Positions 7,971 to 16,266 of a DNA stretch of 24,000 bases are shown in pieces; position 1 is the first letter of the stretch, and each line of letters opens with the position of its first letter. The DNA lies in the NCBI RefSeq assembly GCF_001679005.1, contig NZ_LXTW01000003.1, forward strand, positions 190,802 through 214,801, given 5' to 3'. The position numbers and the translations under genes are program-made. Origin of the DNA: Moraxella nonliquefaciens. GTDB lineage: Bacteria; Pseudomonadota; Gammaproteobacteria; Pseudomonadales; Moraxellaceae. The notes beneath the pieces are model-generated. The model saw only the letters and a list, made by a program, of their open reading frames with translations, had not been told where the DNA came from and searched no databases.

Positions 7971-7998
7971 TTGACAATCCCCCAAGCCTTGTTACAAT
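7971..7998 (+). promoter_or_regulatory. Near-consensus sigma-70 promoter for the RND efflux operon
   Basis: TTGACA (7971-7976), 16-bp spacer, TACAAT (7993-7998), 27 bp upstream of the ATG at 8025. It begins 11 nt after the preceding stop codon. Confidence 0.55.
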
Positions 7999-8024
7999 GC
8001 TGTTTTGTCATTCATCAAATCACC

Positions 8025-9197
8025 ATGAACAAGCCAACTTCTAACCCCAAAAACCCCTTATTGTGGGCGATGTGTGCCATCGCTCTTGTGGTATTTGGTG
8101 TGCTGGTAGGGCGATTGACCGCCAAATCATCAATGACCACACACGCCATTGACACACCCCCAGATGAGCTAAGCGATGCCCCTAAGGTTGTTATGACTGT
8201 ACAAGCGACCACACCGCAGCCCATGATGGTTGATGATGACATCATGGCAAGTGGTATCATGCACGCTAAAAATACCGCCGAGGTCAGTGCCAAAATCACA
8301 GGAGCGACCATTGAACAGGTACTCGCCGAGGTGGGTGATGATGTCAAGGTGGGGCAGGTGCTTGCTGTGCTGGATAAAGATGCCATGAGTGAGCATGTGG
8401 TACAGGCACAGGCGGATTATGAACAGGCAACGGCAAGCCATGAACAGGCACAGGCGGATTTGGCACGAGTTGAGCCACTGCTTGCCATTGATGCGATAAG
8501 CCGTCAGCAAGTGGACAGTCATCGCACCGCCCTAAAACAAGCCCAAGCGACAAAAAAAGCGAGTTTGGCACGCCTTAACAGAGCCAAAAATAACCTAAAT
8601 AACACCCAAATTACTGCCCCTGTGGCAGGAATTATCAGTGCCAAAAACGCACAAGTGGGCATGGCGGTCAGTGGCACACCGCTATTTAGCATCATCAAAG
8701 ATGGGCATTTAGAGTGGCAAGCAACACTCTCACCTACCGATGCTAAGCGTATTCATCTCGGACAGCAAGCACAGGTCATGGTAGGTGATGGAATCGTGGC
8801 GGGGCAAGTAACTCATTTGTCGCCAACTGCCAATACCGGACGTGAAATCGTCGTTCACGTTGCCATGCCTGCCCATGCCATGCTAAAAGCAGGGACGTAT
8901 CAGCGTGGGCGGTTCGTGCTGGGCAGTCAAAGCCATGACGCCATACCCAGCTCAGCGGTGATGAGTACGGATGGTTATGACCATGTGTGGCAACTTATCA
9001 AAACTGACAAGGCGGACATCTACCAAATCCAACGCCAAAAAATCACCATTTTGACCCGTAAGCAGGATAAAGTGGCGACCGATTTACCATCTGGTACATT
9101 GATTGTGGCAAGTGGGGTAAGTTTTTTAAATGAAAATGACCTGGTCAATATCGCCATGACCGAAGATTTAACAGAGAATAAGGCACAACACCCATGA
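8025..9197 (+). CDS. Efflux RND transporter periplasmic adaptor subunit (HlyD/MFP family)
   Basis: The ORF-track start at 7971 is a TTG that coincides with the -35 hexamer. The Met at 8025 gives MNKPTSNPKNPLLWAMCAIALVVFGVLVGRL, an N-terminal TM anchor. It also has a biotinyl/lipoyl-like hairpin, the coiled-coil AQADYEQATASHEQAQADLARVEPL and ITAPVAGIIS. It overlaps the pump gene by ATGA. Confidence 0.88.
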   Translation: MNKPTSNPKNPLLWAMCAIALVVFGVLVGRLTAKSSMTTHAIDTPPDELSDAPKVVMTVQATTPQPMMVDDDIMASGIMHAKNTAEVSAKITGATIEQVLAEVGDDVKVGQVLAVLDKDAMSEHVVQAQADYEQATASHEQAQADLARVEPLLAIDAISRQQVDSHRTALKQAQATKKASLARLNRAKNNLNNTQITAPVAGIISAKNAQVGMAVSGTPLFSIIKDGHLEWQATLSPTDAKRIHLGQQAQVMVGDGIVAGQVTHLSPTANTGREIVVHVAMPAHAMLKAGTYQRGRFVLGSQSHDAIPSSAVMSTDGYDHVWQLIKTDKADIYQIQRQKITILTRKQDKVATDLPSGTLIVASGVSFLNENDLVNIAMTEDLTENKAQHP

Positions 9198-12100
9198 ACT
9201 TTTCAGCCTATTCTATCAAAAATCCCTTAGTGGCGATTTTATTATTTACCTTGTTTAGCCTTGGCGGTTTACTTGCTTTTGACAACATGAAAATTCAGCA
9301 GTTTCCTGATATTGACGTACCTGCTGTTGTTGTTACGGTGGCATATTCAGGAGCAAGCCCTGCCCAGTTAGAAACAGATGTTGCCAAAAAAATAGAAAAC
9401 AAAATCGCATCCATCTCAGGGGTCAAACACATTCGTTCAACCTTACAGACGGGTGTGGCAACAGTGCATACCGAATTTGCTTTGGAAAAAGACCTCTCAG
9501 AGGCGGTAGATGAGGTACGCTCTGCCTTAGATGAGATTGGTGGTGATTTGCCCGCTGCTGCCAAAGAGCCCATCATTACCAAAGTCTCTACCGCAGGCTT
9601 TCCTGTGGTGGGTTATTCGGTGGCAGCAGATAACATGAGCGAAGCACAGCTGTCTTGGTTTGTTGATGATACATTAAACAAGCGTTTGTCTAATGTGGCA
9701 GGCGTGGGAGTGATGAGTCGTGTGGGTGGTATTGAACGCCAAATCATCATTACCCCTGATGTAACAAAACTCAATGGTTGGAGAATGCCCATTGATGATT
9801 TATCCAAACAAATCAGCCTACTGCAAACAGATGCCACAGGTGGTATGGCCACAATCGGTGGGGGAAAGCAGACCATTCGGGTGCTTGGGGCGGCACGCAG
9901 CGTTCAGGAACTGGCTCATTTGCAAGTGGTTACACCAGCAGGGGGCGTGCCATTGGGTCAATTTGCCAATATTGATGATGCCCATGCTGACAGAGTTGGC
10001 GTGGCAAAACTGGACGGACAGACGGTGGTGGCGATTAATGTTACACGTTCACGTGGGGCAAGCGAGGTGGAGATGGTCAAAGGCATTGATGCACAATTTG
10101 CCAAACTTACCCAAGAGATGCCACACATTCGTATCCAAAAAATCTATGACAACGCCCAGCCAGTTTTTGAAGATTATCATGCCAGCATGAAGATGCTCAT
10201 TGAGGGCTGTATTTTGGCGGTGGTGGTTGTTTGGCTTTTTTTGAAAAATTGGCGGGCGACATTGGTGGCGGCAGCTGCCTTACCTTTGTCTATCATCCCC
10301 ACTTTTTTGGTGATGTATGTGTTTGATTTTAGCTTAAATATCATCTCACTGCTTGCTTTATCGCTCGTCATCGGTGTGCTGGTTGATGATGCCATTGTGG
10401 AGGTGGAGAATATCATGCGACATCTGCACATGGGTAAGACCCCGTATGAAGCAGCGATGGAGGCGGCAGATGAGATTGGGCTTGCGGTGGTAGCAACCAC
10501 ATTCACGCTCATCGCTGTGTTTTTGCCAACTGCCTTTATGAGCGGTGTGGTGGGGCAATTTTTTAAGCAGTTTGGATGGACGGCGGCGATTGCGGTTTTT
10601 ATCTCGTTATTGGTAGCACGTTTGGTAACACCCATGATGGCAGCATACATCCTACAACCTGAACGACCCAAAACCAACACTCAAAGTAGCACCATGACCA
10701 CATATCTTAAACTGGTGTCATGGACGTTAAAGCACCGTTTTATCACACTTGGGGCGACCATTTTGCTGTTTGTTGCTTCATTATTAATGTCAGGACTGCT
10801 TTCGGGTGAATTTGTGCCAAAAGATGACAGCGACCAGACGCAGATGACTTTGGAGCTAAGCCCTGATGCGACTCTAAAAGACACAACCGTTATCGCTGAT
10901 ATGACCGCTGAGCGTATCCGTCATATTGATGGGGTGCAATCGGTGTTCATGTCGGTAGGAGCGGCAGGTGGCGGGGCTGACAACCACAGTACATCAGCAG
11001 TAATGGAGAATAAAGCCACACTAAATATAGTGCTTGCCTCACGTGGCGAGCGTCCCACCAAAACACAGATAGAACATGCCATATCCGATATTGTGAAGGA
11101 CATACCGTCTGCTCGCTTTACAGTGGGCATATCAGCAGGGGGTGATACAGGTTATGGATTTTCGTTGCGTTCGGATAATCCTAAACTGCTAGAAGAGACA
11201 GCGGATAAGGTCATGGCAGAGATTCGTGGATTGCCCAATGTCTCATCGGTTAGCAGTAATAAGCCCTTACCCAAGCCTGAACTTGCTGTCATGGCCGACC
11301 CCATGCGTATGGCAGATAAAGGGGTTAGCACACAGTCGCTTGCTGATACCTTGCGTATCGCCACACAAGGTGACCATGAACAGGCGTTACCAAAACTTAA
11401 TCTTGATACACGCCAAATTCCCATTGTTGTCCGTCTGCCTGACAGTGTGCGTGCTGATTCTGTGGCATTATCTGATTTGTATGTGCCAAGCAGTACAGGC
11501 GATGCAGTCAAAATCTTTGAGGTGGCAGACATTAACTTTACCACAGGTGAAGCACAGATTCGTCGCCTCAACCGTGAACGCAGTATCAAAATCACAGTAC
11601 AATCCAAGCAGCAGTTAGGAGAGGTGGTTAATGCTGTCAAGGGTTTGCCCAGTTTGACCAACTTGCCAGATGGCGTCAGTGTCAGAGATGAGGGGCAGGC
11701 AGACAATATGGCGGAGCTATTTACTGGTTTTATCATTGCGATGGGCGTGGGGGTATTCTGTATTTTTGGGGTGCTGGTGCTATTGTTTCATAAAGTATTA
11801 CAGCCCTTGACCATCCTAATGGCGTTACCTTTATCTGTCGGTGGGGCGTTGATTGGTTTGGTGCTAACAGGGTCTGGTTTATCCATATCATCCATGATTG
11901 GCTTTATCATGCTTATGGGTATTGCCACAAAGAATTCTATCTTACTGGTGGATTATGCTATTATTGCCACACAACAAGGCAAATCTCGTCCAGATGCGAT
12001 ACTAGATGCGTGTCGTAAGCGTGTTCGCCCCATCATTATGACAACCATCGCAATGGGAGCGGGCATGTTACCGTTGGTGTTTGGGTGGGGTGGGGTGGAC

Positions 12101-12241
12101 TCAACCTTTCGCCGTCCGATGGCGGTGGCGGTGTTAGGCGGACTTATCACGTCCACATTTTTAAGCCTTGTGGTGATACCAGTGGTTTATACGCTGATGG
12201 ATGATGTGGGGCAGTGGTTTAAAAAAACCAAGAGGGCTTAA
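9194..12241 (+). CDS. Efflux RND transporter permease subunit (AcrB/HAE-type)
   Basis: 1015 aa with 12-TM RND topology. The N-terminus is typical (MNFSAYSIKNPLVAILLF...FPDIDVPAVVVTVAYSGASP). The conserved TM4 region is ALSLVIGVLVDDAIVEVENI. There are two large periplasmic loops. Confidence 0.93.
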   Translation: MNFSAYSIKNPLVAILLFTLFSLGGLLAFDNMKIQQFPDIDVPAVVVTVAYSGASPAQLETDVAKKIENKIASISGVKHIRSTLQTGVATVHTEFALEKDLSEAVDEVRSALDEIGGDLPAAAKEPIITKVSTAGFPVVGYSVAADNMSEAQLSWFVDDTLNKRLSNVAGVGVMSRVGGIERQIIITPDVTKLNGWRMPIDDLSKQISLLQTDATGGMATIGGGKQTIRVLGAARSVQELAHLQVVTPAGGVPLGQFANIDDAHADRVGVAKLDGQTVVAINVTRSRGASEVEMVKGIDAQFAKLTQEMPHIRIQKIYDNAQPVFEDYHASMKMLIEGCILAVVVVWLFLKNWRATLVAAAALPLSIIPTFLVMYVFDFSLNIISLLALSLVIGVLVDDAIVEVENIMRHLHMGKTPYEAAMEAADEIGLAVVATTFTLIAVFLPTAFMSGVVGQFFKQFGWTAAIAVFISLLVARLVTPMMAAYILQPERPKTNTQSSTMTTYLKLVSWTLKHRFITLGATILLFVASLLMSGLLSGEFVPKDDSDQTQMTLELSPDATLKDTTVIADMTAERIRHIDGVQSVFMSVGAAGGGADNHSTSAVMENKATLNIVLASRGERPTKTQIEHAISDIVKDIPSARFTVGISAGGDTGYGFSLRSDNPKLLEETADKVMAEIRGLPNVSSVSSNKPLPKPELAVMADPMRMADKGVSTQSLADTLRIATQGDHEQALPKLNLDTRQIPIVVRLPDSVRADSVALSDLYVPSSTGDAVKIFEVADINFTTGEAQIRRLNRERSIKITVQSKQQLGEVVNAVKGLPSLTNLPDGVSVRDEGQADNMAELFTGFIIAMGVGVFCIFGVLVLLFHKVLQPLTILMALPLSVGGALIGLVLTGSGLSISSMIGFIMLMGIATKNSILLVDYAIIATQQGKSRPDAILDACRKRVRPIIMTTIAMGAGMLPLVFGWGGVDSTFRRPMAVAVLGGLITSTFLSLVVIPVVYTLMDDVGQWFKKTKRA

Positions 12242-12246
12242 TTTGC

Positions 12247-12280
12247 CAAAACCACGTCAAAGGGCGTGGTTTTGCTTTTG
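12247..12280. terminator. Bidirectional rho-independent terminator
   Basis: Perfect 10-bp stem, caaaaccacg (12247-12256) with cgtggttttg (12265-12274), and an 8-nt loop. The stem's own tttt followed by gcttttg gives a U-rich 3' side on the + strand, and the stem's tttt followed by ggcaaat does the same on the - strand. It lies between the convergent RND pump and ruvB, ignoring the IS. Confidence 0.65.
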
Positions 12281-12344
12281 TGGTTTATGCATAAGATATG
12301 TATAGTTACCCAAACAACAGTAAAATATAGAAAATTACACTTGT

Positions 12345-13596
12345 TCAAGGTTTTAAGATATTAATCATCTTTGGCGTACTACACACCTGTATTGGGTTGT
12401 AATTAAAGTTCCCAATTACTTTTTTTAAGATATTCATTGCACCATTAACATCGGCATTAGAGCCGACCATTTGATGACTTGAATAACCCACGTTTAATCC
12501 GCTTACCCTTGTAAGTGGATTGCTTTTGTATTGGCTCATCATCTAGGAAACTGCATTTACTGGTGTGGTTTTCATTTGTGATAATGACCTGTATGCCTTT
12601 TTCTTTTGCCTTATAGGTTATCATGTTTAATAACGTGGCAAAAGGAATGTTCACAAACTTTTGGTTATTGACTTTGCCAATCTCAATCTCTTGTTTCCAA
12701 CCTTTATTGTAACCAATAACAATGGTATCAATGTGGTTTTCAACGGCATGATTAATCAAGTAATGGCTTGCTTTATGTAAAAAGTCATTAACTTTATGTT
12801 TGCGTTTTTGGTAAAGCCTATCTAGTTTCTTTCGGATTGATGGCTTTAAAAAATCTTTGGCGGTATCTAATCGGCTTTTTAACTTCGCCAACTTTTTATT
12901 AAAATATTGATTAAAGGATTTTTGGGCTTGCCCTTTAATGATTAAAGGCGTTAGATTAACATTGTTACCCACAGTCATTAGATTATTCACGCCAAAATCA
13001 ATGGATAAGACCCTTGTCGGGTTTACGGATGTATCGGTTTTTGTATCTTGTGTCTTGTAACAAATTTTAACGTCATAGCCATTTGCCACTTTAACGATTT
13101 TAACTTCTTGAATGTTGTTATAATCAATAATTTGGTTAAGTTTGCCTAAATGGATAGAGATGGGGCGTGTTTTGTCAAAAGGTGATAATGTGAGTACGCC
13201 CTTGGGTAAGTCCTTTTTACTAATAGCCTGTTTGGTAAAAATGATGTTCGCACGACCTTTTTGTTTGTCTAAATAACGTGGTATATTAGGACGTGGTTTT
13301 GACTTGTCTTTAACCCCTAACTTAACTAATCCCCAAAAAGATTGAAATTCTTGGGCGACTTGAAAAATAATCTGTTGGCTGACCTTTCTAGGGATTGCGA
13401 CATAATCAGCTTGTTTGTCCTGTGTGAACTCTTTGATGAGTTTGTATTTATTTAAGGTCTTATTCTCTTTAAAAAAGAATTGGCGATAGACATATAAGGC
13501 TGAGTTTTTAAGGTTTTTACATAAAAACGCATAGTCATCAATCACAGCAAATAATGGATTGGTGTTTTTGATGACTATGGTGGCGGTTTTATACAT
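12345..13596 (-). pseudogene. tnpB: TnpB (OrfB_IS605/IS607-type RNA-guided nuclease), interrupted by a frameshift near 12459
   Basis: The 379-aa ORF (12457-13596) carries RuvC-I (SIDFGVNNL) and ...NENHTSKCSFLDDEPIQKQSTYKGKRIKRGLFKSSNGRL, then stops. The RuvC-III motif NADVNGAMNILKK continues in another frame (the 65-aa ORF, 12345-12542). The two frames are separated by a single nt (12459). Confidence 0.8.
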
Positions 13597-14168
13597 GGTC
13601 TTTCTAGTTCTTTAATCAGTTGCTCAGTTTTGTGTTTTGTTTGTCTTAATCCATAAAGTCTTGCACAAAAAGATGTGATGATGGCGGTAAAATCCGCCAT
13701 TAAGTCATCTTTGGGGTTATCAGTATTATTAACCACTTCAATTCTACGGTTTTGTAGGGCGAGTAAGGTCTCTAAATAATTAAATCCAAAACGTGTTAAT
13801 CGGTCTTTATGCTCTACAATAATTACGTTTAAACTGGGGTCTTTAAGTAAAGCGGTTAATTTTGGACGTTGGTCATTTACACCGCTACCCACTTCCTTAA
13901 TGACTTTGGTAACTTTGTAACCATAAGCGTTGGCATAACTTATTAGTCGCTTAGCTTGGGTATCGAGATTTATCTTGTTTTCACCAGATGAGACACGGCA
14001 GTAAATAGCGACAAGCGTTTTTGGCATCAGATTATCGCCATCATCAATAATAATCGCACCCCCTGTTTCGGTGCGTTCTGATTTAACTTTGCCTGCTTTT
14101 ACCCAATTCCATACGGTGCGGTATTGCACTCGTTTTAATTTGGCATATTCAGATATTTTATATCTCAT
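13575..14168 (-). CDS. tnpA: IS607-family transposase TnpA (MerR-like HTH + serine recombinase catalytic domain)
   Basis: 197 aa. The N-terminal HTH is YKISEYAKLKRVQYRTVWNWVKAGKV. The resolvase-type catalytic core is VAIYCRVSSGENKINLDTQ...VIIVEHKDRLTRFG. Confidence 0.88.
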   Translation of the reverse strand: MRYKISEYAKLKRVQYRTVWNWVKAGKVKSERTETGGAIIIDDGDNLMPKTLVAIYCRVSSGENKINLDTQAKRLISYANAYGYKVTKVIKEVGSGVNDQRPKLTALLKDPSLNVIIVEHKDRLTRFGFNYLETLLALQNRRIEVVNNTDNPKDDLMADFTAIITSFCARLYGLRQTKHKTEQLIKELERPCIKPPP

Positions 14169-14174
14169 GAGAGT

Positions 14175-14201
14175 ATGGTATAATTTTCATAATTATACCA
14201 T
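14175..14201. repeat. Perfect 11-bp inverted repeat immediately upstream of tnpA (candidate left-end / operator structure)
   Basis: ATGGTATAATT (14175-14185), spacer ttcat, AATTATACCAT (14191-14201), 7 nt from the tnpA ATG. Each arm contains TATAAT. Confidence 0.5.
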
Positions 14202-14341
14202 GTTTTACTATTATTTGCGGTTGATGGCAATGATACGCACCTTTAATTAAATCAAATCATGGATTAATGCGTGATACACACCCAAGCAATCGGGCTGTTT
14301 TGATTTAAATGATGATAAAACATAACTTACACAATTTTTGT

Positions 14342-15325
14342 CTAATTTTCTACCATCATGCCTTTATCTAGCAATATCCGCCCCTTTGGTGTCCGTTGGA
14401 TATAGCCTTGCTGAATGAGATAAGGCTCTATCACATCTTCTAGTGTGCCACGGTCTTCTGCCATTGCCGCTGCAATGGCCTCCACGCCCGCAGGTCGTCC
14501 ATCAAAACGCTCTTTTAGCATAGACAGATAACGCCTGTCTAAGTGGTCAAGCCCCTGCTTGTCTACCAAAAGCATGTCTAGGGCAAGACTTGCCATCTGT
14601 CCTGTTACTGTACCATCTCCTTTGACCTCGGCATAATCACGCACACGACGTAAAAGACGGTTGGCGATGCGAGGTGTGCCACGAGAGCGTCTGGCAACTT
14701 CTATCGCTCCCATCTCCTCCATGTCAATCCCCAAAAGATTTGCTGAGCGTTTGACAATGGTGGTCAAATCTGCCACATCATAAAATTCAAGGCGTTGGAC
14801 GATACCAAATCTATCACGCAGTGGCGACGTTAAAAGCCCTGCTCGGGTGGTCGCTGCCACGAGTGTAAAAGGAGGCAGGTCAAGTTTGATGGAGCGGGCA
14901 GCAGGACCTTCGCCTATCATGATGTCAAGCTGAAAATCCTCCATGGCAGGATAGAGTATCTCCTCAATGACAGGTGATAGACGGTGAATCTCATCAATAA
15001 ACAGCACATCCCCCTCTTCTAGATTGGTGAGCATGGCCGCCAAATCTCCCGCTCGCTCCAACACAGGGCCGCTGGTAGAACGTAGATTACCGCCCATTTC
15101 ACGGGCGATGATGTTGGCAAGCGTGGTCTTACCCAAACCAGGGGGACCAAAAATTAGCGTATGGTCTAACGCTTCGCTGCGTTGTCTGGCGGCGGTGATG
15201 AACACCTCCATCTGCTCACGTACTTTGGGCTGTCCGATATAGTCAGATAAAGTGGTGGGGCGAATGGCACGGTCAAGATTGTCGTCTTTTTTGGTGTTGG
15301 GGTCTATTAGGCGATTGTGATTCAT
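14342..15325 (-). CDS. ruvB: Holliday junction branch migration helicase RuvB
   Basis: 327 aa. Walker A is [11 protein letters not shown], Walker B is [10 protein letters not shown], and sensor and arginine-finger regions are present. The conserved N-terminus is [22 protein letters not shown]. Confidence 0.96.
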   Translation of the reverse strand: MNHNRLIDPNTKKDDNLDRAIRPTTLSDYIGQPKVREQMEVFITAARQRSEALDHTLIFGPPGLGKTTLANIIAREMGGNLRSTSGPVLERAGDLAAMLTNLEEGDVLFIDEIHRLSPVIEEILYPAMEDFQLDIMIGEGPAARSIKLDLPPFTLVAATTRAGLLTSPLRDRFGIVQRLEFYDVADLTTIVKRSANLLGIDMEEMGAIEVARRSRGTPRIANRLLRRVRDYAEVKGDGTVTGQMASLALDMLLVDKQGLDHLDRRYLSMLKERFDGRPAGVEAIAAAMAEDRGTLEDVIEPYLIQQGYIQRTPKGRILLDKGMMVEN

Positions 15326-15598
15326 GATGATGATGTCAAAACAAAAGGGTATTATAAAGAAAAATGCCCAAAATGTGATGATTTTGTGGATTATTTTTTA
15401 AAAAGCAAAAATGCAATGGTTTGTAAAATAGCATACAGCACAAATCATCCATACATCGCACACAACTGTTACTGTATCGTTGCTAAACTTGGTTTTTAAA
15501 CACAATTATTCTACATTTTTGGGTAAATTTGAGACATTTTTTTAAATATTTGTGGGTATGATAGTGCCATTTATCCAGTCAATAAGTCGGTTATTACC

Positions 15599-16129
15599 AT
15601 GCTTATGTCAGTATCTCTTATCCATCTTATCAGACCCAGTATTGTTATCAGCTGTCATGGATTGATGTGTTTTGATAACTCCTTTGTAACAAACACCGCC
15701 AAAACCACCAAGATTTTAAGGACATTTGTCATTATTTTTTGTACCTGTGTGATGAATGCTTTGCCTGCCAATGCCCAGCACAAAGAAACCAAATTGCTAA
15801 AACCTGTCAAAGCATACACCATAAGCACCAAGGACTTAACCGATATTCGAGTAACTAAATATAAACTGGCATTGGTGCAAGTGATGGCGGAGATGTGTCC
15901 AAATATGTTAGTTGGACATCAAAAAGATAGATTTTATGATGCTTATAACAGCCAGCTTCGGGCATTTATTCCTGCTGTCAATGACCCAGATGAGCTGCTT
16001 GTTTATCTGTCCACACAGCAAGATTATCAAGTGATACTTCAAAACATACGTTCATGGACAAAGAGTTTTCCTGTCAACGAAAACAGAGAGCTTTGTGTGG
16101 ATTTTGCCAATGCAGGACGAGCATTTTAG
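15599..16129 (+). CDS. Hypothetical protein, probably secreted
   Basis: 176-aa ORF with no recognisable family. An internal hydrophobic stretch ends in an AxA-like cleavage context (ILRTFVIIFCTCVMNALPANA|QHKE). This suggests a signal peptide and a later start, for example Met23 at 15665. Confidence 0.5.
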   Translation: MLMSVSLIHLIRPSIVISCHGLMCFDNSFVTNTAKTTKILRTFVIIFCTCVMNALPANAQHKETKLLKPVKAYTISTKDLTDIRVTKYKLALVQVMAEMCPNMLVGHQKDRFYDAYNSQLRAFIPAVNDPDELLVYLSTQQDYQVILQNIRSWTKSFPVNENRELCVDFANAGRAF

Positions 16130-16266
16130 CCGAGCATGTCAATGGTGGCGTGATAAAATGATGCCCTATAAAAGTATGTATTAAACATCAAAAATAATTT
16201 CATATTTTTATCAAAGTTTGGTATAGTTAGCACTTTTTTATGCATAAATTTGAGTGAATCTGTGGT

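Larger units (their letters stand above)
12290..14215 (-). mobile_element. IS607-family insertion sequence (tnpA serine recombinase + tnpB); boundaries approximate
   Basis: The overlapping tnpA/tnpB pair (22-nt overlap) is typical of IS607. It is confined between the terminator (ends ~12280) and the ruvB stop (14342). Related motifs occur near both ends (see findings). Exact ends cannot be fixed without an empty-site comparison. Confidence 0.7.

Noticed and set aside
7971-8024. TTG-initiated 18-codon N-terminal extension of the RND adaptor gene.
   Set aside because: The TTG is the first base triplet of a TTGACA -35 hexamer paired with TACAAT. The Met at 8025 is followed by a proper TM anchor.
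8403-8461. 16-bp direct repeat caggcacaggcggatt (8403-8418 and 8446-8461) inside the adaptor gene.
   Set aside because: It encodes the repeated AQAD segment of the MFP coiled-coil hairpin. It is explained by protein-level repetition and there is no evidence of a separate function.
12345-12542. 65-aa ORF as an independent gene.
   Set aside because: It contains the TnpB RuvC-III motif (NADVNGAMNI) and overlaps the end of the 379-aa tnpB ORF in another frame. It is the displaced C-terminus of tnpB.
15455-15485. LexA/SOS-box-like CTGT (caactgttactgtatcg) upstream of ruvB.
   Set aside because: There is no matching ACAG half-site at the CTGT-N8-ACAG spacing, and it lies about 140 bp from the ruvB start. 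Not a credible SOS box.
15317-15499. 60-aa GTG-start ORF with a CPKC motif upstream of ruvB.
   Set aside because: It overlaps the ruvB start codon on the other strand, has a single CxxC only, no RBS and AT-rich junk composition. Not supported.
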